A DNA stretch of 64,000 bases, from positions 18,345 through 82,344 of the forward strand of contig JBPOIL010000003.1 in NCBI GenBank assembly GCA_052034495.1, written 5' to 3'. Under the pieces are notes generated by a model. That model had not been told where the DNA came from, did no database searches, and worked only from the letters and a program-made list of their open reading frames with translations. This DNA is from Patescibacteria group bacterium. GTDB taxonomy: Bacteria; Patescibacteriota; Saccharimonadia; CAILAD01; JADZBC01. Made by a program: the position numbers and the translations under genes. Below are positions 26,795-35,084 of the stretch, piece after piece. The first letter of the stretch is position 1, and every line of letters begins with the position of its first letter.

Positions 26795-27484
26795 CTACAC
26801 ATCGTCAAAATGTCGAATACCGACAAAGCGGTAGTTACGGTAGAACTTTTTGAAAAACTTTCGGGCTACACTGTGAATCTTATCGCTGTACTTATCAACC
26901 ACTTCTAGCTTTGCCTCGTTCATAACCATTCGTTTGCGCGCGTTTCGTCGCATGGCTTTCATGAATGTCGGGTACAGGCTATTGTCCCGCGCTGCATACT
27001 GCCATATGAGTTTATGATTATAGCGCCCACTTTCGTTGTCGTATCGTATTTGTGCCTCATGGGCATACTCTGCAGGAACCCCAAGCGCTTGTAAGCATAT
27101 TTCCAGCCGATTCTCGATGAATGTAATGATGTCCGGCGACCCTTTTGTGCGGGGATCATCCGGTGCAACGTTTGATTGCCAGGCGGTGTCTGCCCCCATT
27201 TGCGCTGAGTAGCAATACTGCAATAAGAGTAGATAGTACGTGCCTTCTTCTGCCAGTATCGCGCAGTCGCTGTCGCTCAGCGCATGCTGGTGGTCTATGC
27301 GACGTATGTAGTTAGTCCCGGCTTGCGTTACCCCTTCTTCCTCGAGCAACTTTCTGAACGCTGGCGGTATATCGGTTTTGTTGCGTGGTAAGAACATTGC
27401 AAGGTCTACAAAGAACCCTACTACGTCGAGGATGGATATCGGCTGTTTTTGGCTCGTGTCACCGGGTTTTACTATGTGTGCCAT
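26795..27484 (-). CDS. Hypothetical protein (229 aa)
   Basis: Long minus-strand ORF in backbone-GC DNA; no recognised motif. Confidence 0.5.
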   Translation of the reverse strand: MAHIVKPGDTSQKQPISILDVVGFFVDLAMFLPRNKTDIPPAFRKLLEEEGVTQAGTNYIRRIDHQHALSDSDCAILAEEGTYYLLLLQYCYSAQMGADTAWQSNVAPDDPRTKGSPDIITFIENRLEICLQALGVPAEYAHEAQIRYDNESGRYNHKLIWQYAARDNSLYPTFMKAMRRNARKRMVMNEAKLEVVDKYSDKIHSVARKFFKKFYRNYRFVGIRHFDDV

Positions 27485-27543
27485 ATGTTCATTCTATTCT
27501 GCCGAACGCCGGCTGGGCGGGTAGTGGCACGAGTCTATGTATT

Positions 27544-28737
27544 TTAAGTTTGCGAACTATCATTTAACTCACTGAACTTAGCGGCCATTGTGTCATTGTC
27601 TCGGGTGAGCTTCTTGACGGTTAGCTCGTCGGCTTTGTTATTCGCCAAGCGCAAGTTGTCTTCTGATCGCAGCAGGTTCTCTTTGGTCTTTTGGAGCTGC
27701 ACAATCGATTTGTCGATGCTCTCAATGGCGGTTTTGAACTTTTCTGAAGCCAAACGGTAGTTTCTGCCAAATGAATCGCGGAAGTCATTGAGTTGGGCTT
27801 CGAAGTTCGTTACGTCTATGTACTGCGCCTTTACGAGTGCGAGCTCGGACTTATACTGCAGCGAATTCAGCGCGGCGTTACGCAAGAGTGTAATCATCGG
27901 TATGAAGAACTGCGGGCGAATCACGTACATCTTGGGGTGCCGGTGCGAAACGTCTACAATTCCCGTGTTGTAGAGCTCGTTGTCGGCCTCGAGCAGCGAT
28001 ACAAGCACGGCGTACTCACAGCTCTTTTCATTGCGATCCTTATCGAGCTCCCGCAGGAAGTCCTCATTCTTCTTTTTAGTAGCTGTTTCGTCACTCTCGT
28101 TCTTCATCTCGAACATAATCGAGACTATCTCGTTGCCAGCATCATCCGTTTCGCGGTATATATAGTCACCCTTACTTCCGGTACTGGCGTCATTATCTTT
28201 TTCGAAGTAGGCGTTCGGGAATGCAGTTGCTCTGAGCTTATTAAATTCTGTCTCGCAGTGCTGCTCCAGTGTTTCGCCAACCATCTTGGTCGACAGTCGA
28301 GCCTTCATATCTTTATACTGGGCGATTGTCTCGTCTTTTTGCCTAAGTTCAGCCTCGTACTTATCTTTCATAGAGGCCTCTAGGAGTTGCTTCTCGGTGT
28401 CCTTCGAGCTCAGCTTGTGGACTAACTCATCGCGCTCTTTCTCTACTGTCTTTAGTGCCTGGGCGACAGCTAGCTGCTTGGATGTATCAGACAACTCCAG
28501 TTGGGCCTTCACTCGAGCAACTTCGGCGTCTCGCTTACTTATCTCTTCTTGCAGTTCGTTTTTAACCTTAGCTTCTGCGAGCTGCACGGCATTCACCTTT
28601 TCTTTTTCTAGCAGCTCCAGTCGTTCGTGAATCTCTTTTTCAAACTCACTGGTGCGGACTTGCTTTAGGATATCGGCATACCCTGCCTCATCAATAGTGA
28701 ATGACTTTTTACAATGCGGACATATAATTTCGTTCAT
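27544..28737 (-). CDS. Zinc-ribbon plus long coiled-coil protein (DUF2130-like architecture)
   Basis: N-terminal MNEIICPHCKKSFTIDEAGYADILKQVR zinc-ribbon-like opening followed by about 200 aa of heptad-rich E/K/L sequence. Confidence 0.5.
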   Translation of the reverse strand: MNEIICPHCKKSFTIDEAGYADILKQVRTSEFEKEIHERLELLEKEKVNAVQLAEAKVKNELQEEISKRDAEVARVKAQLELSDTSKQLAVAQALKTVEKERDELVHKLSSKDTEKQLLEASMKDKYEAELRQKDETIAQYKDMKARLSTKMVGETLEQHCETEFNKLRATAFPNAYFEKDNDASTGSKGDYIYRETDDAGNEIVSIMFEMKNESDETATKKKNEDFLRELDKDRNEKSCEYAVLVSLLEADNELYNTGIVDVSHRHPKMYVIRPQFFIPMITLLRNAALNSLQYKSELALVKAQYIDVTNFEAQLNDFRDSFGRNYRLASEKFKTAIESIDKSIVQLQKTKENLLRSEDNLRLANNKADELTVKKLTRDNDTMAAKFSELNDSSQT

Positions 28738-28755
28738 TACATATAGCTCCTTCTA

Positions 28756-29172
28756 TTACTCAATTATAGCCCTGTTCGCTCGTTGGTTGTACTCATTCGC
28801 AAGTTGTTCCAGGTGCGCTTCGGCCTGTTTGGGAGATCGGCATAGCTTTGATGCTTCGTGGAGACTTCCCGTTTTTGTGTCTACTACAGTTACGCCATAC
28901 ACCGTGTCTCCAAGTGCATCCATGCCCTTGGAGAGTTCGACTTCGAGTTCGCCGATAGTGTAATAGTCCAGAATATCCGGCGTCATTTCGTTTACACCTT
29001 GCAAATGACTTTTTATAAACGAACCGTCACTTTGCTTAAGGCCAGCCTTTTTCGTGTTCCCAAGACCCTGTTTGGGCATAGTATGAATGAATGTTACTTC
29101 AATCGACTTGTCTTTTCTGTTTGCCGACTTGGTCATGACCTTATTGTACTCCGCCACAAGCTTTTGTGGCAT
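28756..29172 (-). CDS. Hypothetical protein (138 aa)
   Basis: ORF downstream of the coiled-coil gene with a 19-nt gap. Confidence 0.45.
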   Translation of the reverse strand: MPQKLVAEYNKVMTKSANRKDKSIEVTFIHTMPKQGLGNTKKAGLKQSDGSFIKSHLQGVNEMTPDILDYYTIGELEVELSKGMDALGDTVYGVTVVDTKTGSLHEASKLCRSPKQAEAHLEQLANEYNQRANRAIIE

Positions 29173-29227
29173 GGTAGAATTCTTTTTACTGATTAGTAGC
29201 CTTAGAGTGTCTCGTAGTAATCTTTAA

Positions 29228-29839
29228 CTATGAGTGCCATGAGCTTGCGGCGTTCCTGCATAAAATGGTGAGGTTGTGTGATGACATGAATGTGGTTCCG
29301 CCGCGTTTTTTGTGCTCAGCGAGTAGGCCATAGAAAATCTCTTGCATCAGCGGGTCAAGGCCGCTGGTCGGTTCGTCTAGTATGAGGAGCTTTGGTTTGT
29401 GGGCTAGGGCGGCAATAATCCCGATCTTCTGCCTGTTTCCGCGCGAAAGGTTTTTGATCTTTGGCTTAAGGTCGGCCTGTAAGGTGTCGGCCAGGCGGTT
29501 TACCTCTGTCATGTCAGTTTCGCCCTGCAGGCGCATTATGTATTTGAGGTAGTTCCAGCCACTTAGCCCGGTATACATGGCCATGTCACCGGCTAGGTAG
29601 CCAATAGTTTTGTGGACGTCCACGTAGTGCTTTTCGCTGTCTTTGCCGAATACATGAATCCTGCCCGCGGTAGGACTAATGTGATTCAGGATAAGGCGGA
29701 TGGTCGTAGTTTTGCCCGCACCGTTTGGGCCCAGAAAGCCGAATATCTCGCCTTCTTTGACGTCAATGCTGACATTGTCGACCGCGGTCTTTTTGCCAAA
29801 CTTCTTACTAAGGCGGGAGATCTTGATGGCATTCTTCAT
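29228..29839 (-). CDS. ABC transporter ATP-binding protein, C-terminally truncated (possible gene remnant)
   Basis: Walker A GPNGAGKTT, signature LSRGNRQKI, Walker B LLILDEPT and an H-loop SSHN. The ORF stops about 20 aa after the H-loop with an atypical tail (ILCRNAASSWHS), and no permease gene is adjacent. Confidence 0.55.
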   Translation of the reverse strand: MKNAIKISRLSKKFGKKTAVDNVSIDVKEGEIFGFLGPNGAGKTTTIRLILNHISPTAGRIHVFGKDSEKHYVDVHKTIGYLAGDMAMYTGLSGWNYLKYIMRLQGETDMTEVNRLADTLQADLKPKIKNLSRGNRQKIGIIAALAHKPKLLILDEPTSGLDPLMQEIFYGLLAEHKKRGGTTFMSSHNLTILCRNAASSWHS

Positions 29840-29922
29840 AGTGCTATTTTACTCTCTTCTCACCAGTTCGTAACCATTGACAGATTAACGAAAACATCGT
29901 GGCATTAACGCACGCGGTAACG

Positions 29923-30633
29923 CTATAGCCTTAGGCTCGTATTGACCTGCTCGAGCTGACTCATGATGCGAGTTCTTGCCTCGGCCGCATAAGGATTTCC
30001 AAGCATAATTGTCTCAAAAAGCTCCTGGCTGTGTACTCTATCCAGATGAGCTAGCTGCTTAATGTGCCGGAATGAGGGCGTCTCAAGCACGAGTCGATCA
30101 AACTTGATCCCGCGCAATCCGCGAGCAATAAAGAATGTCATAGCATGAACGAATGCCATTTCCTTGTCATGCTCATCTGGCGTCGTGGCGGCAATATTCA
30201 TGCCCAATTCGTTTCTGCAGAATTCCACGACCTCACTTGATCGCCCAGTTGGTTTCGAACAAATAACCAGTGTGGGCCTACTATCGTCTCGCCGGTACGT
30301 CTCCGGCCCAAAAAGCGGATGGGTTAGTAAAACATTCTTATGCCCAGGCAAAAGCTTTTCAATGAGCTCGGCGGGTTTTAGTTTTACCGAGCAGACGTCA
30401 ATCAATAGTGCCTCAGCGCGTAGGTGCGGTTTGAGCTTTGTTAGTACATCTTCATAAGCACTTAATGGTACGGCAAGTAGGACTATGTCGCACCTCCCGA
30501 CGGTAGCGAATTGATTATCAGTATCGCTAAGGTCGAAGGCATGGCGCGTGATGTCTTTTGGAACCAGACTTAGGGCAAGCTTGCCAAAGGCCCCCTGCCC
30601 TATTATTCCTACGGACGAAATTGACTTACCCAT
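29923..30633 (-). CDS. tyrA: Prephenate/arogenate dehydrogenase
   Basis: Rossmann motif VGIIGQGAFGKLA and a PDH C-terminal domain; overlaps the chorismate mutase gene by 8 nt. Confidence 0.75.
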   Translation of the reverse strand: MGKSISSVGIIGQGAFGKLALSLVPKDITRHAFDLSDTDNQFATVGRCDIVLLAVPLSAYEDVLTKLKPHLRAEALLIDVCSVKLKPAELIEKLLPGHKNVLLTHPLFGPETYRRDDSRPTLVICSKPTGRSSEVVEFCRNELGMNIAATTPDEHDKEMAFVHAMTFFIARGLRGIKFDRLVLETPSFRHIKQLAHLDRVHSQELFETIMLGNPYAAEARTRIMSQLEQVNTSLRL

Positions 30634-30925
30634 TTTTTACCTCTCTCTGCATTGCTTCGTGGCTGCGTACTACTTCATCGATAACCAAGCGCAAAAAAGC
30701 TTGTGAAAAATCTTGATCTAAGCCACTAGATAAGGCGAGCATTCTAGCCCTTTTGAATTGTTTTGCCTCGCGCTCTAAGTCAATTGCGGGCAGATTGTGT
30801 TTGGCCTTGTATTCGCCTACCTGTCGAGTGAGCTCGAACCGCTCTGCCAACAGTGCTATAAGTTGTCCGTCGATAACATCGAGTTTAGTGCGCAGGGTGG
30901 GTAATGTAGCTTTTTGTGAATTCAT
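30626..30925 (-). CDS. Chorismate mutase (AroQ class)
   Basis: 99 aa with LRTKLDVIDGQLIALLAERFELTRQVGEYK, the AroQ helix-1 signature. Confidence 0.8.
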   Translation of the reverse strand: MNSQKATLPTLRTKLDVIDGQLIALLAERFELTRQVGEYKAKHNLPAIDLEREAKQFKRARMLALSSGLDQDFSQAFLRLVIDEVVRSHEAMQREVKNG

Positions 30926-31138
30926 ATTGGTTCTCCTTGTAAATTAAAAACCGCCGTGTGGCGGTTTGCTGATAGTTTGTTTGAGAGTTTTAATACATAC
31001 TAATAGCCGCCACGAAAAGTGTCGGTATAATAGTATGAGAATGCGCGTAGTTCGTGCTTTGACATAACACAACTATAACATGAGCTCTCTGCACCGCAAT
31101 AATTCATAGCTCGGCAGTACTCGTGATACAATACAGGC

Positions 31139-31474
31139 ATGAAGCCCAAAGATAAACTAACCATTACCGAAGCACGAGAGATACAGCGTAACTTCCAGCT
31201 CATTGCCCTGGCCGCCACAGCGGTATTGGCCGTAGGAGTAGTCTTCTATCATGTGGTAGAAAAGTTCCGCTGGATTGATTCACTCTACTTTTCGGTAGTT
31301 ACGCTTACCACCGTGGGCTATGGTGACTTTACCCCTAAGACCGATATTGGCAAGCTCTTCACGATCTTCTATCTCCTCATCGGCATCGCAATTATCGCCT
31401 CACTCCTTAATACCCTTGTTCGTAGCGGAGTAGCTCGGCGCAAAATCAAAGAATACGAAGAAGCTAGCAAGTAG
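31139..31474 (+). CDS. Minimal two-TM potassium channel (KcsA-like pore with TVGYGD selectivity filter)
   Basis: 111 aa with two hydrophobic helices flanking a pore helix and SVVTLTTVGYGDFTP. Confidence 0.8.
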   Translation: MKPKDKLTITEAREIQRNFQLIALAATAVLAVGVVFYHVVEKFRWIDSLYFSVVTLTTVGYGDFTPKTDIGKLFTIFYLLIGIAIIASLLNTLVRSGVARRKIKEYEEASK

Positions 31475-31574
31475 GTTCTTGCCTGATTTGACCTAAGAGA
31501 GTATAAATACACACAACGGTTCGCCGTAGTTAGTGCACGTTTCCATTCGAATATTCTACCCAAGGAGGTCGGCC

Positions 31575-32255
31575 GTGGCTGACGATAGTTTTCCGCCTGA
31601 CCTGCTGCGAGATATCGAGGAGGTCTTTGCAAGTGCTGATCCAGACTTGGAGCTCGCGAGTAAGGCTTTCGAAAAGCTGCCGTTGCCCAAGATGGGGAGC
31701 CTCATAGAGCTGCCGAGTGATGAGTTCTCGCCCGCTAACATCCGAGGCCTCAACCGCAGAGAGATGCGATGTCTCAAGCGAGTCGACCGTAGGCTTGCTT
31801 TCGAGCAGGCTTTGGTCGATGCCGAAGCTGAGTGGGATGAGGCGAGCAGGATTCGTAGGGGGCTCAGAGTCTTTTCCGCCCTGTGCTTTGGGGCCTCGCT
31901 CTTCCTGTACTTCCTGGGTCTAGGTATAAGAGGCCAGGGGGCCGAGTACCAACCGGCTTCTGCTCATCTGCTGTGGATGTTCGTGTCGGGGACGTTTCTG
32001 TTTGCTATGTACGCAGAGGAGTTGATTTCCCGCACCCTGCGCTATGGCCGCGCCTACTGGGCGGTTGGCGGCTCGACGTCCTGGCTAGGCCGAACGTTCT
32101 TGAGGTTCAAGAACTGGCGCTGGCTGCACACTGTGTGCCACTGCAGGAAGTGCAGGCGGCTCCCGCGTACCCACCAGAGCTTTTGCCGTTGCTGGCATTG
32201 CAAGTTGGCTCGGCGCTGGACGTTCTGGCGTCGAGGCAAGCGCTACCGGCCCTAA
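31575..32255 (+). CDS. High-GC islet gene: 226-aa membrane protein with a basic Cys/His/Trp-rich C-terminal tail
   Basis: GTG at 31575-31577 with the RBS AAGGAGG six nt upstream; two or three TM helices (VFSALCFGASLFLYFLGLGI, LLWMFVSGTFLFAMYA); tail HTVCHCRKCRRLPRTHQSFCRCWHCK. The frame keeps GC3 at about 85% to its end, which supports the tail being real rather than a frameshift. Confidence 0.45.
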   Translation: MADDSFPPDLLRDIEEVFASADPDLELASKAFEKLPLPKMGSLIELPSDEFSPANIRGLNRREMRCLKRVDRRLAFEQALVDAEAEWDEASRIRRGLRVFSALCFGASLFLYFLGLGIRGQGAEYQPASAHLLWMFVSGTFLFAMYAEELISRTLRYGRAYWAVGGSTSWLGRTFLRFKNWRWLHTVCHCRKCRRLPRTHQSFCRCWHCKLARRWTFWRRGKRYRP

Positions 32256-32386
32256 TTAGGGTCATCCGCTCACTGCGGACGGAGATTCCGTCCTTGGTGG
32301 GCGGTTCTTCGTTTAGGTATTGATTTATAACGATAATTATAGTATTATAGCGAAAGTCCGCCGTCCGCAATCAAAGGAGCAACGGC

Positions 32387-32971
32387 ATGGCAAAGGAAAA
32401 GAAGAAGTCCAAGAAGTCCAAGAAGGGCAAGAGCAAGAAGGGTTCGGGCAAGCTGCCCAAGAAGAGCCCCAAGGTGACGAAGCTCAAGGCTCCGGACAAG
32501 AAGGGTCCTGACAAGAAGTCCAAAAAGGGCAAGAAGAAGGCCGCCGCCGAGGTGCCGACCGGAGACATCGACCTCTCCTCCGTGATGATCACGGAGCTGG
32601 TTCGGAATCGCATCTGCAGCGAGCTCAAGCTCACTCCCCAAGAGACTGGCTACATCACCAAGGTGATCACTTCGGTCTGGGTGTCTGTTGACATCGTCCA
32701 GCAGGAGCCGATCGGCAACAGCGACAGCCCGCTCATGCCCGCACGGACGGGAGAGAACCGGGCGGTCGACCTGGGGACGCTGGCCAAGGTCGTCTCGTTC
32801 CCGGAACTCCAGCGCGAGGTGCGAGGCGTCCTTCGCCAGGCGCGCCGGGCGTCCTTCGTTGGGCCCAAGGGTCTGGCCGTCCTCGAGCGCTTCGTGGACA
32901 AGGCCAAGAAGATCATCATCTACCAGAGCCCCCGTCCAGACCATGACGGAGATGGCGGCGGTTCCGAGTAG
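32387..32971 (+). CDS. High-GC islet gene: 194-aa protein with a histone-H1-like lysine-rich N-terminus and a globular C-terminal domain
   Basis: RBS AAAGGAG; the N-terminal ~55 aa are KKSKKSKKGKSKKG repeats, followed by a non-repetitive domain. Confidence 0.55.
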   Translation: MAKEKKKSKKSKKGKSKKGSGKLPKKSPKVTKLKAPDKKGPDKKSKKGKKKAAAEVPTGDIDLSSVMITELVRNRICSELKLTPQETGYITKVITSVWVSVDIVQQEPIGNSDSPLMPARTGENRAVDLGTLAKVVSFPELQREVRGVLRQARRASFVGPKGLAVLERFVDKAKKIIIYQSPRPDHDGDGGGSE

Positions 32972-32991
32972 CCAACGTCCGTCTGACCACC

Positions 32992-33040
32992 CCGCCTCAC
33001 GGCCGAGAGTCTCCTCTCCGCTGTGAGGCGGCTTTCGTAT
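32992..33040 (+). terminator. Intrinsic terminator (9-bp CCGCCTCAC/GTGAGGCGG stem followed by CTTTCGTAT)
   Basis: Located 20 nt after the stop of the 32387-32971 gene. Confidence 0.4.
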
Positions 33041-33055
33041 ATCGAAATAATTACA

Positions 33056-33082
33056 AATGAAAAAGCCCACATCTCTGTGGGC
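33056..33082 (-). terminator. Intrinsic terminator for the sigma factor gene (GCCCACAGAGATGTGGGC then TTTTT on the minus strand)
   Basis: Perfect 7-bp stem with a T5 run, about 30 nt downstream of the stop at 33114. Confidence 0.55.
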
Positions 33083-33113
33083 ATAGCCGGCTAGTCTTCG
33101 ATGCTAGCCGGCC

Positions 33114-34007
33114 CTATTCACCTCTGCGGCAGGCCAGCATGTCCTGAATAATGGCGATGGCTTCGTGGTGGCGACGCCTGGCCATATTCCTACCCCAACC
33201 AAGCTCTCGCTCAATTGAGGCGAACTGCTTGCCCTCGAAGTAGTGCAGATCCAAGACCGCCCTTTGGTCCGGACTGAGCCACGCAGCGTCAAGCATGGAG
33301 CTAAGGTGAACGCTACTTGTCATGTCGGGCTCCAGGCCCAGCATGTCCCCAAGCTCAGTACTGCTATCCTCACCAAGCTCTTCGTTGAGTGACGTAGTGT
33401 TCCTCATGACTTGCTGCAGCTCTGCCACTTCGTCGACAGACCAGTCGAGACGATCTGCTATTTCGTCCGGCGTTGGCTCTCGCCCCAGCTTCATCATCAG
33501 CTCATGCGACACCGTTTGCATCGTCTTGATGTCGTTTACCACATGAATAGGTAAACGAATCAAACGAGCCTTGTTGGCTATGGCTCGTTGGACTGCTTGG
33601 CGAATCCACCATGTGGCGTAGGTGCTGAACTTAAAGCCCTTGCGCCAGTCGAACTTCTCAACCGCATGCATCATGCCTAGGTTGCCCTCTTGGATCAGGT
33701 CCATGAGCTCCAGGCCACGATTCGTGTACTTCTTGGCGATCGAGACCACCAAGCGCAAGTTCGCGTTTATGAACGTTCGTTCGGCTCGCTCGCCCCGGCG
33801 CACTAGGCGCTGGAGCTCGCGATAACGATTCGAGTTCTTGTGCGGTGGTTGCGAGGCAAGTTCAGCGGCAGCATTCCTGCCTTCTTCGATTACTTTTGCT
33901 AGCCGTATCTCATCCGCCTTGGTAAGCAACGGGTGTTGGCCAATCTCGGCGAGATATAGCCTCACCAGATCTTCTTCATTGCTGTCGCGTCGCCGATTAG
34001 TAGGCAT
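33114..34007 (-). CDS. RNA polymerase sigma-70 family factor (regions 1.2, 2, 3 and 4; RpoD-like, lacking region 1.1)
   Basis: Region 1.2 LVRLYLAEIGQHPLLTKADE, region 2 DLIQEGNLGMMHAVEKFDWRKGFKFSTYATWWIRQAVQRAIA, plus regions 3 and 4. GC is about 55%, somewhat above the backbone. Confidence 0.8.
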   Translation of the reverse strand: MPTNRRRDSNEEDLVRLYLAEIGQHPLLTKADEIRLAKVIEEGRNAAAELASQPPHKNSNRYRELQRLVRRGERAERTFINANLRLVVSIAKKYTNRGLELMDLIQEGNLGMMHAVEKFDWRKGFKFSTYATWWIRQAVQRAIANKARLIRLPIHVVNDIKTMQTVSHELMMKLGREPTPDEIADRLDWSVDEVAELQQVMRNTTSLNEELGEDSSTELGDMLGLEPDMTSSVHLSSMLDAAWLSPDQRAVLDLHYFEGKQFASIERELGWGRNMARRRHHEAIAIIQDMLACRRGE

Positions 34008-34186
34008 GATCTCACCTCGATTCGGTGTAGTAGGTGCGTGATACCTGGCGCGCGCCAGATATCGGCATACTATACCATATGAATCAGTGCTGCCAAAGCA
34101 TAAGTGCCTGTAATCAGTTATTGCGTGGTTGGGATATATGTGGTAAAGTGTGCTTCCTGTTCACCATCCGAACAAAGGCGAATACG

Positions 34187-34456
34187 TTGACTGAATATGG
34201 ATACCCGGAACGCTATACCCCATCGGACGTTTGGCCGAGCAAGCTCAGTATCGAAGAATGCGATGAGATCGTCGCAAAGGTCCTGAGAGACAACTACTAC
34301 TGTGGTCCAAGAGGCCAGCTCTTGGTCAAGATCGTCAACAAGCTGATGAGTCGACACCCTGGCGACCGCAAAGATGGCCTGGACGGCGTTGCGAGGTTCG
34401 AAGGCAAGCTTGCCCGCGAGGGCTACTTCGGCCCCGACCAGATTCCTCGTTCGTAG
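34187..34456 (+). CDS. High-GC islet gene: ~90-aa hypothetical protein
   Basis: TTG start at 34187 with AAAGG seven nt upstream; GC-rich codons begin here. The 5' part of the track ORF (from 34034) is low-GC and Cys-rich junk. Confidence 0.4.
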   Translation: MTEYGYPERYTPSDVWPSKLSIEECDEIVAKVLRDNYYCGPRGQLLVKIVNKLMSRHPGDRKDGLDGVARFEGKLAREGYFGPDQIPRS

Positions 34457-34480
34457 CGCGTCCAAACCGGTCGCTCCACC

Positions 34481-34530
34481 CCGCCCCGCGGTAGAGATTC
34501 GTCTCTCCTGCGGGGCGGTTCCCGTTATCG
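34481..34530 (+). terminator. Intrinsic terminator (CCGCCCCGC/GCGGGGCGG 9-bp stem then a T-rich tail)
   Basis: Located 25 nt after the stop at 34456. Confidence 0.4.
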
Positions 34531-34600
34531 TTCATTTACAAAGCTGTCTATTCCTGTTATTATGTATATCCATTTTAGTTCAGCCAAGGGGTATTTCAGT

Positions 34601-35011
34601 ATGAAAGTCAGGGTTACCACCTACGATCGTCGCGAGGGCGGCGGAGAGCTGATGCTCTTCTCCGAGGATGCACTGTTCGCCGACGCACCAGCTCAGGCAA
34701 CTTTCGGTAAGACCAGCTACGAGAACGCAGTTGGTCGTCGCCTCACTCGTTTGGGGTCGGCAACAGTCAACCACCTGTGCGCCGGACTCGATGGAGTTTC
34801 GGTGCACCTCATGGTCGGCGACAGCCGTATCCGCATCGTCGTACCAGCGGGAAGCAAGACAGCGAGTACTTACGACCGCGTGTGCAGTCGGATTCTCTCT
34901 CCACGGCGTGGCGAGCTCAGCCTGCCTCAAGCCCTCGAAAGAGACCTTGGAGAGCCGGTCGATGTCGAGCTGGCTGGCAACAAGACCGCTGGGGCAGTAC
35001 CGGTCAACTGA
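34601..35011 (+). CDS. High-GC islet gene: 136-aa hypothetical protein
   Basis: ATG at 34601 with the RBS AAGGGG nine nt upstream (MKVRVTTYDRREGGG...); high GC3; followed by a nested hairpin terminator at 35031-35080. Confidence 0.5.
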   Translation: MKVRVTTYDRREGGGELMLFSEDALFADAPAQATFGKTSYENAVGRRLTRLGSATVNHLCAGLDGVSVHLMVGDSRIRIVVPAGSKTASTYDRVCSRILSPRRGELSLPQALERDLGEPVDVELAGNKTAGAVPVN

Positions 35012-35030
35012 GCCACCCGCCGTGGTGGAA

Positions 35031-35080
35031 ACACCCGCTTGTCGGGGCGAATCCTCGCCCTAACGGGCGGGTTTTCGTTT
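35031..35080 (+). terminator. Nested GC-rich hairpin terminator (outer CCCGC/GCGGG, inner GGGCGA/TCGCCC, then TTTTCGTTTT)
   Basis: Lies between the stop of the 34601-35011 gene and the convergent metK stop at 35085. Confidence 0.45.
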
Positions 35081-35084
35081 TAAC

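Noticed and set aside
31000-31218. 72-aa minus ORF and a hairpin-plus-T-run at 30944-30968 suggesting a minus-strand small RNA upstream of the K+ channel
   Set aside because: The ORF overlaps the channel start and has no RBS. The hairpin could equally be a transcriptional insulator, and the evidence is insufficient.
32085-32323. Possible frameshift of the 31575-32255 gene into the Leu/Ala-rich frame of ORF 31883-32323
   Set aside because: GC3 stays at about 85% in the original frame to its stop and is lower (~60%) in the alternative frame. The Cys/His-rich tail is therefore kept as the real C-terminus, with moderate confidence.
32400-32560. Short tandem repeats (AAGAAGTCCAAGAAG...) that could be mistaken for a CRISPR or VNTR array
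   Set aside because: They are in-frame codons for a KKSKKSKKGKSKKG lysine-rich protein tail, not spacer-repeat units. No CRISPR repeats were found anywhere in the window.
32345-33070. 241-aa minus ORF and several other ORFs antisense to the lysine-rich gene
   Set aside because: Leu/Gly-rich mirror of the AAG-repeat coding strand. The + strand has a strong RBS and terminator.
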